From sequence record MN445183.1: DNA of 64,000 nt, one strand, 5' to 3'. This document shows positions 1 to 9,345 of the stretch, one piece after another. The position numbers were made by a program, and so were the translations under genes. Numbering within the stretch: position 1 is the first letter of the stretch; the number at the start of each line of letters is the position of its first letter. The notes beneath the pieces are model-generated. The model was not told where the DNA came from. It did not search any database and saw only the letters and a program-made list of their open reading frames with translations.

Positions 1-34
1 TAAGGCAGAAATCCTTATTCGGTACTGTAACCCT

Positions 35-553
35 ATGTTAATGCGGGAAGTGCACGAAGAGATCACCCGTCTGATTAATCGCATGCCCATGCATTTCACT
101 ATCAAGTCAGAACAGTTTACCCCGCCATCAGTTGAACTCAGTAACCTGACAACCAACGTGAACCGCGCTTTGTTAAACCGTTCAATTGAAGAGACCAACC
201 GAGCCGACCAAACCAAGGCTAACGCGTTGATTCAAATACGGGATCGAATTGTGAAACGCAACAACGTTACGGAGTTGGATATCACCGAGATCAACAGCAT
301 CGACCGTGACGTACTGCACAACGCAACGTATGTTGAAGATCCGTTCAACGTCATTAGTGATCGATCACAGTGGTACAAGTTTAACAATGCGAATCCTGCT
401 GAGCTGCAACAACCCGTATTGTACATGGCTATCACGTTATCTAACGCGATTGACACTCTGCTTGGTAATGTTCGCTCAGGCACACCAATACCGACGTTCA
501 ACCCAGCAAAAAGGGAGCTGTTAATTTCGGCCATTCCGCTTTACGGGAAATAG
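35..553 (+). CDS. Hypothetical protein (172 aa)
   Basis: ORF heading a tightly packed operon that leads to the DNA polymerase. Confidence 0.7.
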   Translation: MLMREVHEEITRLINRMPMHFTIKSEQFTPPSVELSNLTTNVNRALLNRSIEETNRADQTKANALIQIRDRIVKRNNVTELDITEINSIDRDVLHNATYVEDPFNVISDRSQWYKFNNANPAELQQPVLYMAITLSNAIDTLLGNVRSGTPIPTFNPAKRELLISAIPLYGK

Positions 554-562
554 TGGGTAGCT

Positions 563-910
563 ATGAACTTATACCTGGCAGCACGACCAACCATGTTTCG
601 TTGGTTTAATTCTACACAGTTGGAAGATCCTACGAACAGGATGGCGTTTTCCGATCTTTTGCAATACACCGCAGAAACTGCCATTGGTCTTGAATCTGAG
701 ATCGATGTCATTGGGCCTTCCAGTTACCTTATCGGTATAGGAATACCTCGTGAAACGGTGGAGCGGTTTATTCAAGTGTGTGGGTTAGAAATCCGAACCT
801 TCTACATGCATAACTCGATACCGGAATGGCGAGACTGGGGGCGTCATCGTGTTATCATTGACGTACAGTACGACATCTTTATTCAGCTGGGAAGTGATCC
901 GTATGTCTGA
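563..910 (+). CDS. Hypothetical protein (115 aa)
   Basis: ORF; stop overlaps next start. Confidence 0.7.
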   Translation: MNLYLAARPTMFRWFNSTQLEDPTNRMAFSDLLQYTAETAIGLESEIDVIGPSSYLIGIGIPRETVERFIQVCGLEIRTFYMHNSIPEWRDWGRHRVIIDVQYDIFIQLGSDPYV

Positions 911-1256
911 GTTAAAAAAAGTGTGCGTGATAGATTGTGGAGATATAATTGCCCGGTACCGTAACCGCTATGGTCAGTTATCCGACAACGACATCTCCGC
1001 AGTCATGGTAGCCGCAATAGCGGCAGCCATCGAAGACCTAAACGTACCGCCCATGTTAGAACATGGTTCCCGACTGACGTCTGCACAGGCAGATGTGATG
1101 ATCGGTGCGATGCGTGAAACGATACTGTGCAATATCCTTCCCAGTATCAACGATGTTATTAATGAAGTAGGTGATGATCAATTGGTTGCCACCGACAGCC
1201 GGTTGGAGGGCAATTTGGTCATTGTAGATATTAGCTTGCGTGAAGAAGCTGAGTAG
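903..1256 (+). CDS. Hypothetical protein, member of putative paralog array
   Basis: ATG at 903 overlaps upstream stop (track ORF 849 is over-extended). Confidence 0.7.
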   Translation: MSELKKVCVIDCGDIIARYRNRYGQLSDNDISAVMVAAIAAAIEDLNVPPMLEHGSRLTSAQADVMIGAMRETILCNILPSINDVINEVGDDQLVATDSRLEGNLVIVDISLREEAE

Positions 1257-1261
1257 AACGT

Positions 1262-1672
1262 ATGCGTGCATATTTACCCAACCAATTTATTATTGATCTT
1301 AATACCCTGGTCTGGACCAACCCGAATAACGTGATGGGGATCTTTTCCCCATCCGCGTTGTTTGAAGCCTATTGTCAGACATTATGGCATTCAGTGGGTA
1401 AGGCTGATTATGACTACGGTCATCTGATGTCTTGGGTGGATGATGAGTTAGGCCCCAACGGGAACCCTAACAGCGAGGCAATGCCGTTGATTGTAGACCC
1501 CAATTTTATCACGGCGATGCAGCAATCTGTTATTTCTGGTTTCATTAGCTTCGTGACACAAAACCGTGCGTACCTGGCCGGTGCGATAATTCCGGAACTG
1601 TGTCGCGCTGGGGATATGATGTTTATTTCCCAGGATGATACATCAGGCGTCGTGAGACTCCAATACGTATGA
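1262..1672 (+). CDS. Hypothetical protein, member of putative paralog array
   Basis: 136-aa ORF in coupled operon. Confidence 0.7.
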   Translation: MRAYLPNQFIIDLNTLVWTNPNNVMGIFSPSALFEAYCQTLWHSVGKADYDYGHLMSWVDDELGPNGNPNSEAMPLIVDPNFITAMQQSVISGFISFVTQNRAYLAGAIIPELCRAGDMMFISQDDTSGVVRLQYV

Positions 1673-1679
1673 GGTAGTT

Positions 1680-2057
1680 ATGGACAGCCCATGTTTTATC
1701 CTGGACCTGAACCCCCACTGGCAGTTCCTTGACCAGAACTACATGCAATCCCCTGCCAGGTTAGTGGGTACCTTCCACAGCTACCTGGGTTTAGTGCTTG
1801 ACATGTACAAAGCCATCACAAACGACACCAGCGAGGATGAAGTCTTAATTGATCACTACCTCAACGGGTCGTGTGTGCTGTTAACACCGGCTGATGAAGA
1901 AGCCACCCGCCAGGCTGTGTTACGCAGCCTTGACTTGGTCATCACATTGGCTGATGTGTGTGGTTCGGTCAACCCTGGTAAAATTGTACAATGCCCGATT
2001 GATTATGTGTCTCGTACGGTATTGATTCAATTCGGAGGCGATCATGATCAAGCATGA
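1680..2057 (+). CDS. Hypothetical protein, member of putative paralog array
   Basis: GAGG RBS, 125 aa. Confidence 0.7.
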   Translation: MDSPCFILDLNPHWQFLDQNYMQSPARLVGTFHSYLGLVLDMYKAITNDTSEDEVLIDHYLNGSCVLLTPADEEATRQAVLRSLDLVITLADVCGSVNPGKIVQCPIDYVSRTVLIQFGGDHDQA

Positions 2058-2472
2058 ATTAAACAACATCATTTTCACCCTAACACCGGACATGCAAGAT
2101 CTCTTGCACCGCACGGTAAAGTACCACCTCATCAGTGTTGGCAACATTGACATGAGTTTGTTAGTCTTTATGTCGTTAAACCAGCTGACATTAAATCAGT
2201 TAGTGGCTGCGAACATGAGTAAGAACATTGAGCGGTTATGTGCGGAGCAGTTACCTGAGTATTCGTACGAGCAGCATTTGCAGATTATTGCTACGTGTGA
2301 ACAGATCGCTGCGATCTTGTACAAAGAATACCAAAACGCACTGGACATTGCCCGCATGCCACTTCCATCACGCATGGTGAACGCAACCTACAGCTGTGGC
2401 GTCGTCACCATGTCGTTTGAGAGTATGGATGACCAATCATGCACATGGTCGTATACGACGTATCCCCAGTAG
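2044..2472 (+). CDS. Hypothetical protein, member of putative paralog array
   Basis: GGAGG RBS, overlaps neighbours. Confidence 0.7.
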   Translation: MIKHELNNIIFTLTPDMQDLLHRTVKYHLISVGNIDMSLLVFMSLNQLTLNQLVAANMSKNIERLCAEQLPEYSYEQHLQIIATCEQIAAILYKEYQNALDIARMPLPSRMVNATYSCGVVTMSFESMDDQSCTWSYTTYPQ

Positions 2473-2864
2473 TGAACTCGCTTATGGGTGAGTTGACACA
2501 GATGCGAGATATGTGTATTACTTATGAAGACTTGATTGACTTCGCTTTGTTAAACCGTGAGCCGAAAGAATCGGGTTACGAAGATTACATGGCTGATGTG
2601 CTGTGTGATTACAAAGGGGTGAACACAGAAGATCGTCATCTGGTTAAATCTGCCTACCATCGAATACGCAAATTGACCGACCTGTGGTTTCCCGCCTCAG
2701 TAGGTCGTTGGCTGTGTTGTGGTTTCGTAGGAACGTTGGGGTATTTTATACATGGTGCAGACGAAGAGCATTTAGAGATGAATGCGCAACGCCTTGCAAT
2801 AATCAACACAATCCGGTCTCATCGGGGTTTCTATGATTCAGCTATTACACACTCCGGCATTTGA
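2439..2864 (+). CDS. Hypothetical protein, member of putative paralog array
   Basis: 141-aa ORF overlapping neighbours. Confidence 0.65.
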   Translation: MHMVVYDVSPVVNSLMGELTQMRDMCITYEDLIDFALLNREPKESGYEDYMADVLCDYKGVNTEDRHLVKSAYHRIRKLTDLWFPASVGRWLCCGFVGTLGYFIHGADEEHLEMNAQRLAIINTIRSHRGFYDSAITHSGI

Positions 2865-3168
2865 TCGCGTGTTGGATGGCATTAGAGGGATAGTTGCTAC
2901 TGACGTTGATACACCCGCAGTGAGTCTGTGGGCAATCAACGATGCGGTGTATGAGCTGTTCAATAACTGCACCGACCGTGTGAATATCGTGGATGTCGAT
3001 CCAGAACTAAATGGGTTATACCAGCCATTTTATGAAGCACTCAACGAACTGCTACTGCTGAACAACATCTCCCTTTTATCCGTAGCGAATATCTTCGTAG
3101 ACGGTCCGGAGCGTTGGACAGTGGTGCTGGTCCTGGACACACCACGAGGAATGCGTTATGGGTTATGA
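2833..3168 (+). CDS. Hypothetical protein, member of putative paralog array
   Basis: 111-aa ORF overlapping neighbours. Confidence 0.65.
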   Translation: MIQLLHTPAFDRVLDGIRGIVATDVDTPAVSLWAINDAVYELFNNCTDRVNIVDVDPELNGLYQPFYEALNELLLLNNISLLSVANIFVDGPERWTVVLVLDTPRGMRYGL

Positions 3169-3568
3169 ATTACTGGTCAAAGGTGCTACCGTCGACTTCA
3201 TCGTCGAGGCGCCTGAGATCCTTACCAGTGGCTTTACCAACACCATCATTAATGGGGTGATCGACATGGATACGGCGCAGGCCCTTGGACTCGATGTCCG
3301 AGCAAAGCATGAAGCCCTGTATCCGTTGATTAAAAACAAAGGGTACGCGGATGATCCTGCATCGTACGGTTATGTGCGCGTAACCAAAGAAAACGGATCA
3401 ACCACGATCCTGGGGATTCCATGGATTAAAGAAAGTTCGATCATTGCGAAACAACGTAACCGCATCACGGTAGATATTCCGGACGTGGGAACGAATGACA
3501 TTGCAATCGTGAAAGCTGCACTGGAGTCCAACGGGTATCCGAATGCGGTTGTGAAGCTGGTTGACTAA
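3158..3568 (+). CDS. Conserved jumbo-phage protein (phiKZ gp49-like)
   Basis: GAGGA RBS; G(I/V)PWI motif; position immediately upstream of the polymerase gene. Confidence 0.6.
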   Translation: MGYELLVKGATVDFIVEAPEILTSGFTNTIINGVIDMDTAQALGLDVRAKHEALYPLIKNKGYADDPASYGYVRVTKENGSTTILGIPWIKESSIIAKQRNRITVDIPDVGTNDIAIVKAALESNGYPNAVVKLVD

Positions 3569-3570
3569 CG

Positions 3571-3605
3571 CCATGGGGGCTTCGGCTCCCATGGTTGTTT
3601 TATGC
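3571..3605 (+). terminator. Intrinsic terminator hairpin followed by TTATGC
   Basis: CCATGGGGGC-TTCG-GCTCCCATGG then TTGTTTTATGC. Confidence 0.8.
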
Positions 3606-3672
3606 TCCCTATTTATTTTTTGACATAACGGAGCTATTCAATAGAGACCATTTACAGCCGTAAGGATATTCC

Positions 3673-5784
3673 ATGGAATTGTTCGTTAATCCGGCGAGCT
3701 CGTATAAGCGAGATTTACGCATTCACCATCACTACTGCGAGAATAAAGCAAAGTCATTGTCGCTGACGTTTGGTGAACCGATGGAAAAGACGTTGGAGTT
3801 CGTACGTCGTGTTACTGCACCTGGGGCAAAACACGGGGTAGTGGATCCACGTGTTCGTATTTTAATCCGAGGTAAGAACGGTGACCGTGAACTTAAGTTT
3901 ACCACCTTTAACAGGTTCTTATCTGCGGTTGATAAACGCAAAGCAATACTGAGTCCGTCATTAACCGCGTACTTACACCCCAGTGAAAAAGTTTCACAGT
4001 ACGCCGTGTCTACTGATAACAACATCAAGGCACGTAAAGTTATCAAGAAAGAAATGTTCGTTGCGGAGCAACGTGGCGATGTTACCACGGCAACGATTAA
4101 AGACATTATGCAGACCGGGCGTAAGCTCACCAACAACGGAATGTCTGGTGGCTTCTGCACAGCCTCTACGCCGTTCTATTGTCGTTCGGCACATAGTTCG
4201 CTAACGTCATGTTGTCGTTCGGCTACGTCGTCTACAAACGCGTTTAACGAGAAGTTCCTGGCAGGTAACCGACATTACCACTCGCCAGAGATCGTGATGG
4301 AAAACATTGCGTCGATTTGTCTACACTCGAACTACGAGTTAATCGACCAAGCCATGCGCGAGTTCAATCTGCAATACCCAACGGTTGATCAGGTGATCGC
4401 ATGCATCTATCGCGGGTCTCGTCGTTATTGGTCTGACCGTAAGTACATGGCGTTGATTCATCAGCAGGTCAGCAACATGACCGAAGGTGAACGTGCAGCA
4501 TTTATGTTTACCAGTGATATGTACCATATGCGTTTGGTTAACCCAGACTTTGTGCGTCAGATGTTGGTGGACATTGCTGAGAAGACCACGGTCGGCACGA
4601 CCGAAGACGTCGCTTTAAAAGATGGCGATGCGCGTGTGCTAGCGACAATGAAATGTGCAGAAGACATCATCCGTGTTGGTACCAAGGAATCTGAGAACTC
4701 AGAAGAGATCAAAGGCCTGGTTAAAGCCAACTATAAACTGTCCGTGCAGAACATTGAGAAATACCGCAGCTACGTGCGTGCATTCTTAGTCACACCGAAC
4801 ACACCTGCATCTATTGCCATGATGCCGCACCATGTGCGTGAAACGGTGTTAGCGTCAGATACTGACTCCTCAATCTTTACCGAACAGGATTGGATTGACT
4901 GGATTCAGCCTGACTATCAATATCGTCAGGAGCGTATTCAGATCAACGCCGCGGTAACCTTCCTGGTGTCGCAGCAGGTCGTACACTTACTGGCTATTGT
5001 GTCGGGTAACATCGGTGTTGCGGAAGAACATTTGTTCCGTCTGACGATGAAGAACGAATATTACTTCGAGACCTTCGTGTTAACCAATATGGGTAAACAC
5101 TATTTTGCCACCCAGACTGCGCGTGAGGGTAACTTCTATCCTAAGCCGAAGCTGGAACTCAAAGGTGTTCACTTACGTAACTCGAACGTACCGAAAGAAA
5201 TTCGTGATCGTGGTAATATGATCATCAATGAAATCCTGGACAAGTCCAATGCCAATGAACAGTTCTCAGTTGTGGATCTGTTGAAGCGCGTGGGTGATAT
5301 TGAACGTTTCATTATTAACTCCATCAAGAACGGTGAACCGGTGTTCTTAGCGAAAGCCACCATCAAAGATAAAGATGCGTATGCAAAACCGCTGAGCAAC
5401 AACTATTATCATTACCTGATGTGGGAAGAAGTCTTTGCACAAAAATACGGTCCGGCCCCGGCACTGCAATATCTTGGCCTGAAAGCAAAATTAGGTCTGG
5501 AATCCATGACGGCGATTAACGATTGGTTGGATGAACTTGAAGACCAGGCGTTTGCCCAACGTATGCGTGACTTCTTAGCGAAGTACGGTAAGAACAAACT
5601 GTCTCAGGTAATCATGCCTGCTGATATTGTGATGACTCAGGGGTTACCAGAAGAGGTAATTCAGGGGATTAATATTCGTCAGCTGATTATGGAAAACCTG
5701 GCGATGGTGTACTCTTGCCTTGAATCACTCGGTTTGTATTTTACTAACCCGAATGCAACTCGCTTAGTATCAGACGAACACTAA
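3673..5784 (+). CDS. polB: Family B DNA polymerase, palm/C-terminal subunit of split polymerase (phiKZ gp50-like)
   Basis: LASDTDSSIF motif C, KLTNNGMSG motif B-like segment, MKNEY and KHY motifs; 703 aa. Confidence 0.9.
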   Translation: MELFVNPASSYKRDLRIHHHYCENKAKSLSLTFGEPMEKTLEFVRRVTAPGAKHGVVDPRVRILIRGKNGDRELKFTTFNRFLSAVDKRKAILSPSLTAYLHPSEKVSQYAVSTDNNIKARKVIKKEMFVAEQRGDVTTATIKDIMQTGRKLTNNGMSGGFCTASTPFYCRSAHSSLTSCCRSATSSTNAFNEKFLAGNRHYHSPEIVMENIASICLHSNYELIDQAMREFNLQYPTVDQVIACIYRGSRRYWSDRKYMALIHQQVSNMTEGERAAFMFTSDMYHMRLVNPDFVRQMLVDIAEKTTVGTTEDVALKDGDARVLATMKCAEDIIRVGTKESENSEEIKGLVKANYKLSVQNIEKYRSYVRAFLVTPNTPASIAMMPHHVRETVLASDTDSSIFTEQDWIDWIQPDYQYRQERIQINAAVTFLVSQQVVHLLAIVSGNIGVAEEHLFRLTMKNEYYFETFVLTNMGKHYFATQTAREGNFYPKPKLELKGVHLRNSNVPKEIRDRGNMIINEILDKSNANEQFSVVDLLKRVGDIERFIINSIKNGEPVFLAKATIKDKDAYAKPLSNNYYHYLMWEEVFAQKYGPAPALQYLGLKAKLGLESMTAINDWLDELEDQAFAQRMRDFLAKYGKNKLSQVIMPADIVMTQGLPEEVIQGINIRQLIMENLAMVYSCLESLGLYFTNPNATRLVSDEH

Positions 5785-5787
5785 CCG

Positions 5788-5823
5788 GCATAAGGCTCTG
5801 GGTGGCATCAGCCACCCAGAGCC
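5788..5823. terminator. Bidirectional hairpin between convergent genes
   Basis: GCATAA then GGCTCTGGGTGGC-ATCA-GCCACCCAGAGCC (13-bp stem). Confidence 0.8.
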
Positions 5824-5835
5824 GCCGTCTGATAA

Positions 5836-6954
5836 TTATTTCTTGTTCTTGTTCTTGATACGTGCACCGATGCTTGCCAGTTCGGCGTTTATGACCTTGC
5901 TGATTTTATCCGGCATGCCAGAGATGCGGAAGGTGTTGTCACTTTTAATGATCTGGAGATCCTTTTGGATTTGGTTGATCATTGTGCCTTCCAGCTGACC
6001 GCGGTTGAACGAGTATTCGATCTCCAACAGGAAATCAATAATCCAGGTTCGAGCCATGATCCACGCCCAACGGTTTTGACGCACGTCAATATCAATGGGC
6101 AGCCGAATGGCTTCATAACCTGTGCGGGTTAACGTTGGCATATGCATCAGAATCGACTCCCAGTAACGCGGAGTTCGTTTCAGCTCTGGAACTAACCGTT
6201 TGATCACCTCATCAACCACAACTAAATCATCGAGTAGCCAGAATGGTTGACGAGGGTTCATGCTGTGGTCTTTAATCCCGCGATAGGCTTTGATGGTGCG
6301 GTTGATCATCGCAATGTCATTGTGCGACTTCACCATATTCTGAATGGGAAAACTCGCAACAAACTGCGCAATGGTCGGAACAACCTTAGGCTTCTCACGA
6401 GCAATCAACATATTGAACTGTAACCACTGGAGGGCCAGTACGGGCACGTTCACACTGATAACTGCAACACCATCACCACCCATGATTTGCCGTCTATCCA
6501 GCAGCCCATAGTTACTGGTATCGTACGGGTGTCGATGAACTTGAATAGGTTCTAAATCCATCCAAGGAATGATCTTAGCTTCTTCATAGGTTGAAGAGGT
6601 GGCTATGATGATTTCCATTACAGTCGTTGGATAGAAACACGATTTGTTAATCGTTCCGTAAGCCGTAGATGAAGTCATACCGACTGCGTTGGCTAAACGA
6701 TAATCTCGTTGACGAACTTCGTCGTAGTATTTTCTTACATCTTGGACCGATAATTGTGTAAGGTTAGCCGGTAATTTGATGTTCTTCAACAACCGCATAA
6801 TCACATGGTTGTTCTGTACGTTGAACGTCAGTCGCCGAAAGTATTCTTGAGATCGTCCAAGGTTTACCAGGGAAATATCTCGCACGCGCTGGATGGTTTG
6901 GTTCATCATGTCGCCATGATTGAACTGCGCATCGGTGCTAAATAGAGTATGCAT
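5836..6954 (-). CDS. Conserved hypothetical protein (phiKZ gp52-like)
   Basis: 372-aa ORF on the opposite strand between polymerase and chimallin, as in phiKZ-like synteny. Confidence 0.7.
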   Translation of the reverse strand: MHTLFSTDAQFNHGDMMNQTIQRVRDISLVNLGRSQEYFRRLTFNVQNNHVIMRLLKNIKLPANLTQLSVQDVRKYYDEVRQRDYRLANAVGMTSSTAYGTINKSCFYPTTVMEIIIATSSTYEEAKIIPWMDLEPIQVHRHPYDTSNYGLLDRRQIMGGDGVAVISVNVPVLALQWLQFNMLIAREKPKVVPTIAQFVASFPIQNMVKSHNDIAMINRTIKAYRGIKDHSMNPRQPFWLLDDLVVVDEVIKRLVPELKRTPRYWESILMHMPTLTRTGYEAIRLPIDIDVRQNRWAWIMARTWIIDFLLEIEYSFNRGQLEGTMINQIQKDLQIIKSDNTFRISGMPDKISKVINAELASIGARIKNKNKK

Positions 6955-7079
6955 ACAAACCTCGAATATAGCGATCTGTAATAAAAAACATAATGAGCTA
7001 TAGTATGTGGAGAATGCAATCTCCCATCTAGGTTAACGCCTAGATGCCGCCTGGAGATGAATTCAAATTTTTTACACCC

Positions 7080-7095
7080 CTATATTACCTAGGTG
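7080..7095 (+). promoter_or_regulatory. Early-type phage promoter motif upstream of chimallin
   Basis: CTATATTACCTAGGTG contains TATATTAC (phiKZ early consensus); preceded by AAATTTTT. Confidence 0.7.
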
Positions 7096-7173
7096 TAATT
7101 ACCATGGTAATTTCAATCGCGATTGTTTAATCTAGCAGCAAAGAACTGCTACACATAAAAAGGAACAAGAAGT

Positions 7174-9246
7174 ATGAATACCCCAGAAAACAAACAGCCG
7201 AATACTTCCATGGCCGATGCTCTGTCTCGTGCGACTGCCGAAGCCGCTAACAAGCAACAGCCACAACCGGGTGCTGCCCAGCCGCAGCAACCTGTTCAAC
7301 AACCCCAGCAACAAGCATATCAACCAGTAGGTGGACAAACCGTGCAACAGCCTCAGTTCCAACAACCACAGGGTTACGCAGCCCAGGCTCAGCCGCAGGG
7401 CAATCAGCAGGATCGTACTTCTAAGATCTTCGGTCTGAACAACCGTCGTGAACGTACCTTCTCTTCTCAGAACTATTCTGAGAACTTCAAGATCGCTCAC
7501 GAAGCTGTCGAAGAGTTCTGCAAACCGTACGAAGAACAGGGTTATCGTAAAACCTTCTTCATTCTGCCGCTGCAAGAAACCAACCTGCACTGCGCATCTC
7601 TGATCTACGTTCTGGCCGTAAGCAACACCACTTTCGGTGCGTTCACTTACATGCTGGAAAATACCGGTAGCCCGCTGAAACCGCTGGTTGGCAACGACCA
7701 GATGACCGGCGAACGTTACGAACTGCCGCGCATGACCGGTTCTCAGTACGACGATATCTACTGGCGTGCAGTGCAGGAAACCGTAACCCGTGTGCTGAAA
7801 CTCAGCCCGCAGGCTCAGGTTCTGGATGCTGGCGCATCCGTCGTTCACTCCGAAATGGATTGGAAAGACACCAGCGCTATCGCGAAACTGCTGAACAACG
7901 CAGAAAACGCCGTGATGACCTACGCGAACCGTCTGACTGGTTACAGCATCGAAAAACCGCTGAACCTGGTTAACGAAATCAACCCGCTGGTCGATCGTCT
8001 GTCCGCAGGCTTCAACTTCAATCCGCAGCCGCTGTTCACTGCTGACGCGCAGCCTCTGCGTAACGATGTTGAAATCAAACTGACCGTAACGTCTGAAGGC
8101 GATGTTCAGGTTCAGAACTCCGAACCGTTCACCACCGTCAACGGCTACGTTGAACTGGTATCTGCCGGTAACCAGCCGCAGATGATCCCGGGCCCTTGGG
8201 GTCAGCCGATGATGGCGCCGCAGCGTTACTACCCGCAGCTGGCTATCACCAACATCAGCTCCGGTATCTCTAACGCTGAAGGTCCTGAGTTCCAGGTACT
8301 CGGTCTGTACGTCGCAACACTGCTGCTGGAAAACAACAACTGGCAGAACGCGTTTGCTCCGCGTATGGTAAACGGCGTCGATATCAACGATATCGGTGCG
8401 CTGAACTACGAACTGCGTATGGGTGTGGATCCAGCTGACCCGAACGCACGTCCGAAGAAAATCGATACCAAAACCCACGACTTCAACAACCTGGCTCTCC
8501 AGCAGCTGTTGAATCAGGCTTGCTTCCCGAACATGTCGGTTGTTATCGACGTGGAAGAGACTGGTCTGCGTAACTGGGTGAACTCTATGTTCCTGCAAGC
8601 TGGCGGTCAGCCGGGTACCAACGCAACCAACCTGGGTAACGATGGTAAACTGGCACACGACGCGATCATCGCTGCATCGAACAACCTGACCAACGGTGAA
8701 TTCGCCAAGTTCTTCACTGACCCAACTCAGCTGATCACTATCCGTGACGGTTCTCGCATCCAGGGTGGTTACTACCTGTCTGATGCTGGCACTCGTCTGG
8801 ATATCCGTAACGTTGACCTGCTGGCAGTGCTGAACTTCCTGGGTGAATCCGATCCGCGTAAAGTGGAAGAGTGGAAAATGATCTGCTCCTCTACTTCCGG
8901 TCTGTCCGGTCCGAAACGTATCGCACTGCGTCAGCAGTTCCTCCAGACTATCCTGGGTGCGTCCTACGTTCAGAAGTGCTACTACGAGCGCGTCATGATT
9001 TCCAGCGTATATCTGGATGCTCTGCGTAAAGCTATCACCTCTGCCGGCGTTCAGGTTCGTCCGGAAAACATGAACTCTCAGTACAACCAGATGTCTTACG
9101 GTGCGCCGCTGGCTGCGCAGTACGGTTTCAATACCAACATCGGTTCGTCTCTGGTTCAAGGCGGTTACGCTCAGTTCGATCAGCAGGGTCGTGTACAGTC
9201 CTTCGGGAACTACCGCACCACTTTCGGTCACTGGTCCGGTCAGTAA
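7174..9246 (+). CDS. chmA: Chimallin, nuclear shell protein (phiKZ gp54-like)
   Basis: 690 aa with Q-rich N-terminal extension, strongly biased codon usage, located directly upstream of nvRNAP beta'-N. Confidence 0.85.
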   Translation: MNTPENKQPNTSMADALSRATAEAANKQQPQPGAAQPQQPVQQPQQQAYQPVGGQTVQQPQFQQPQGYAAQAQPQGNQQDRTSKIFGLNNRRERTFSSQNYSENFKIAHEAVEEFCKPYEEQGYRKTFFILPLQETNLHCASLIYVLAVSNTTFGAFTYMLENTGSPLKPLVGNDQMTGERYELPRMTGSQYDDIYWRAVQETVTRVLKLSPQAQVLDAGASVVHSEMDWKDTSAIAKLLNNAENAVMTYANRLTGYSIEKPLNLVNEINPLVDRLSAGFNFNPQPLFTADAQPLRNDVEIKLTVTSEGDVQVQNSEPFTTVNGYVELVSAGNQPQMIPGPWGQPMMAPQRYYPQLAITNISSGISNAEGPEFQVLGLYVATLLLENNNWQNAFAPRMVNGVDINDIGALNYELRMGVDPADPNARPKKIDTKTHDFNNLALQQLLNQACFPNMSVVIDVEETGLRNWVNSMFLQAGGQPGTNATNLGNDGKLAHDAIIAASNNLTNGEFAKFFTDPTQLITIRDGSRIQGGYYLSDAGTRLDIRNVDLLAVLNFLGESDPRKVEEWKMICSSTSGLSGPKRIALRQQFLQTILGASYVQKCYYERVMISSVYLDALRKAITSAGVQVRPENMNSQYNQMSYGAPLAAQYGFNTNIGSSLVQGGYAQFDQQGRVQSFGNYRTTFGHWSGQ

Positions 9247-9260
9247 TCAGTAATCGGTTA

Positions 9261-9306
9261 GCATAAACCAATAAAGAGGAGGGGTAACACCCTCCTCTTT
9301 TTATGC
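9261..9306 (+). terminator. Terminator with GCATAA/TTATGC flanks
   Basis: AAAGAGGAGGG-GTAACA-CCCTCCTCTTT then TTATGC. Confidence 0.85.
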
Positions 9307-9345
9307 CCTAACATTATTTTTTTACCTGTTGGAAGAGGATGGAAC

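Noticed and set aside
7132-9231. 699-aa antisense ORF opposite chimallin
   Set aside because: Shadow of the strongly biased codon usage of chmA; no protein motifs or RBS.
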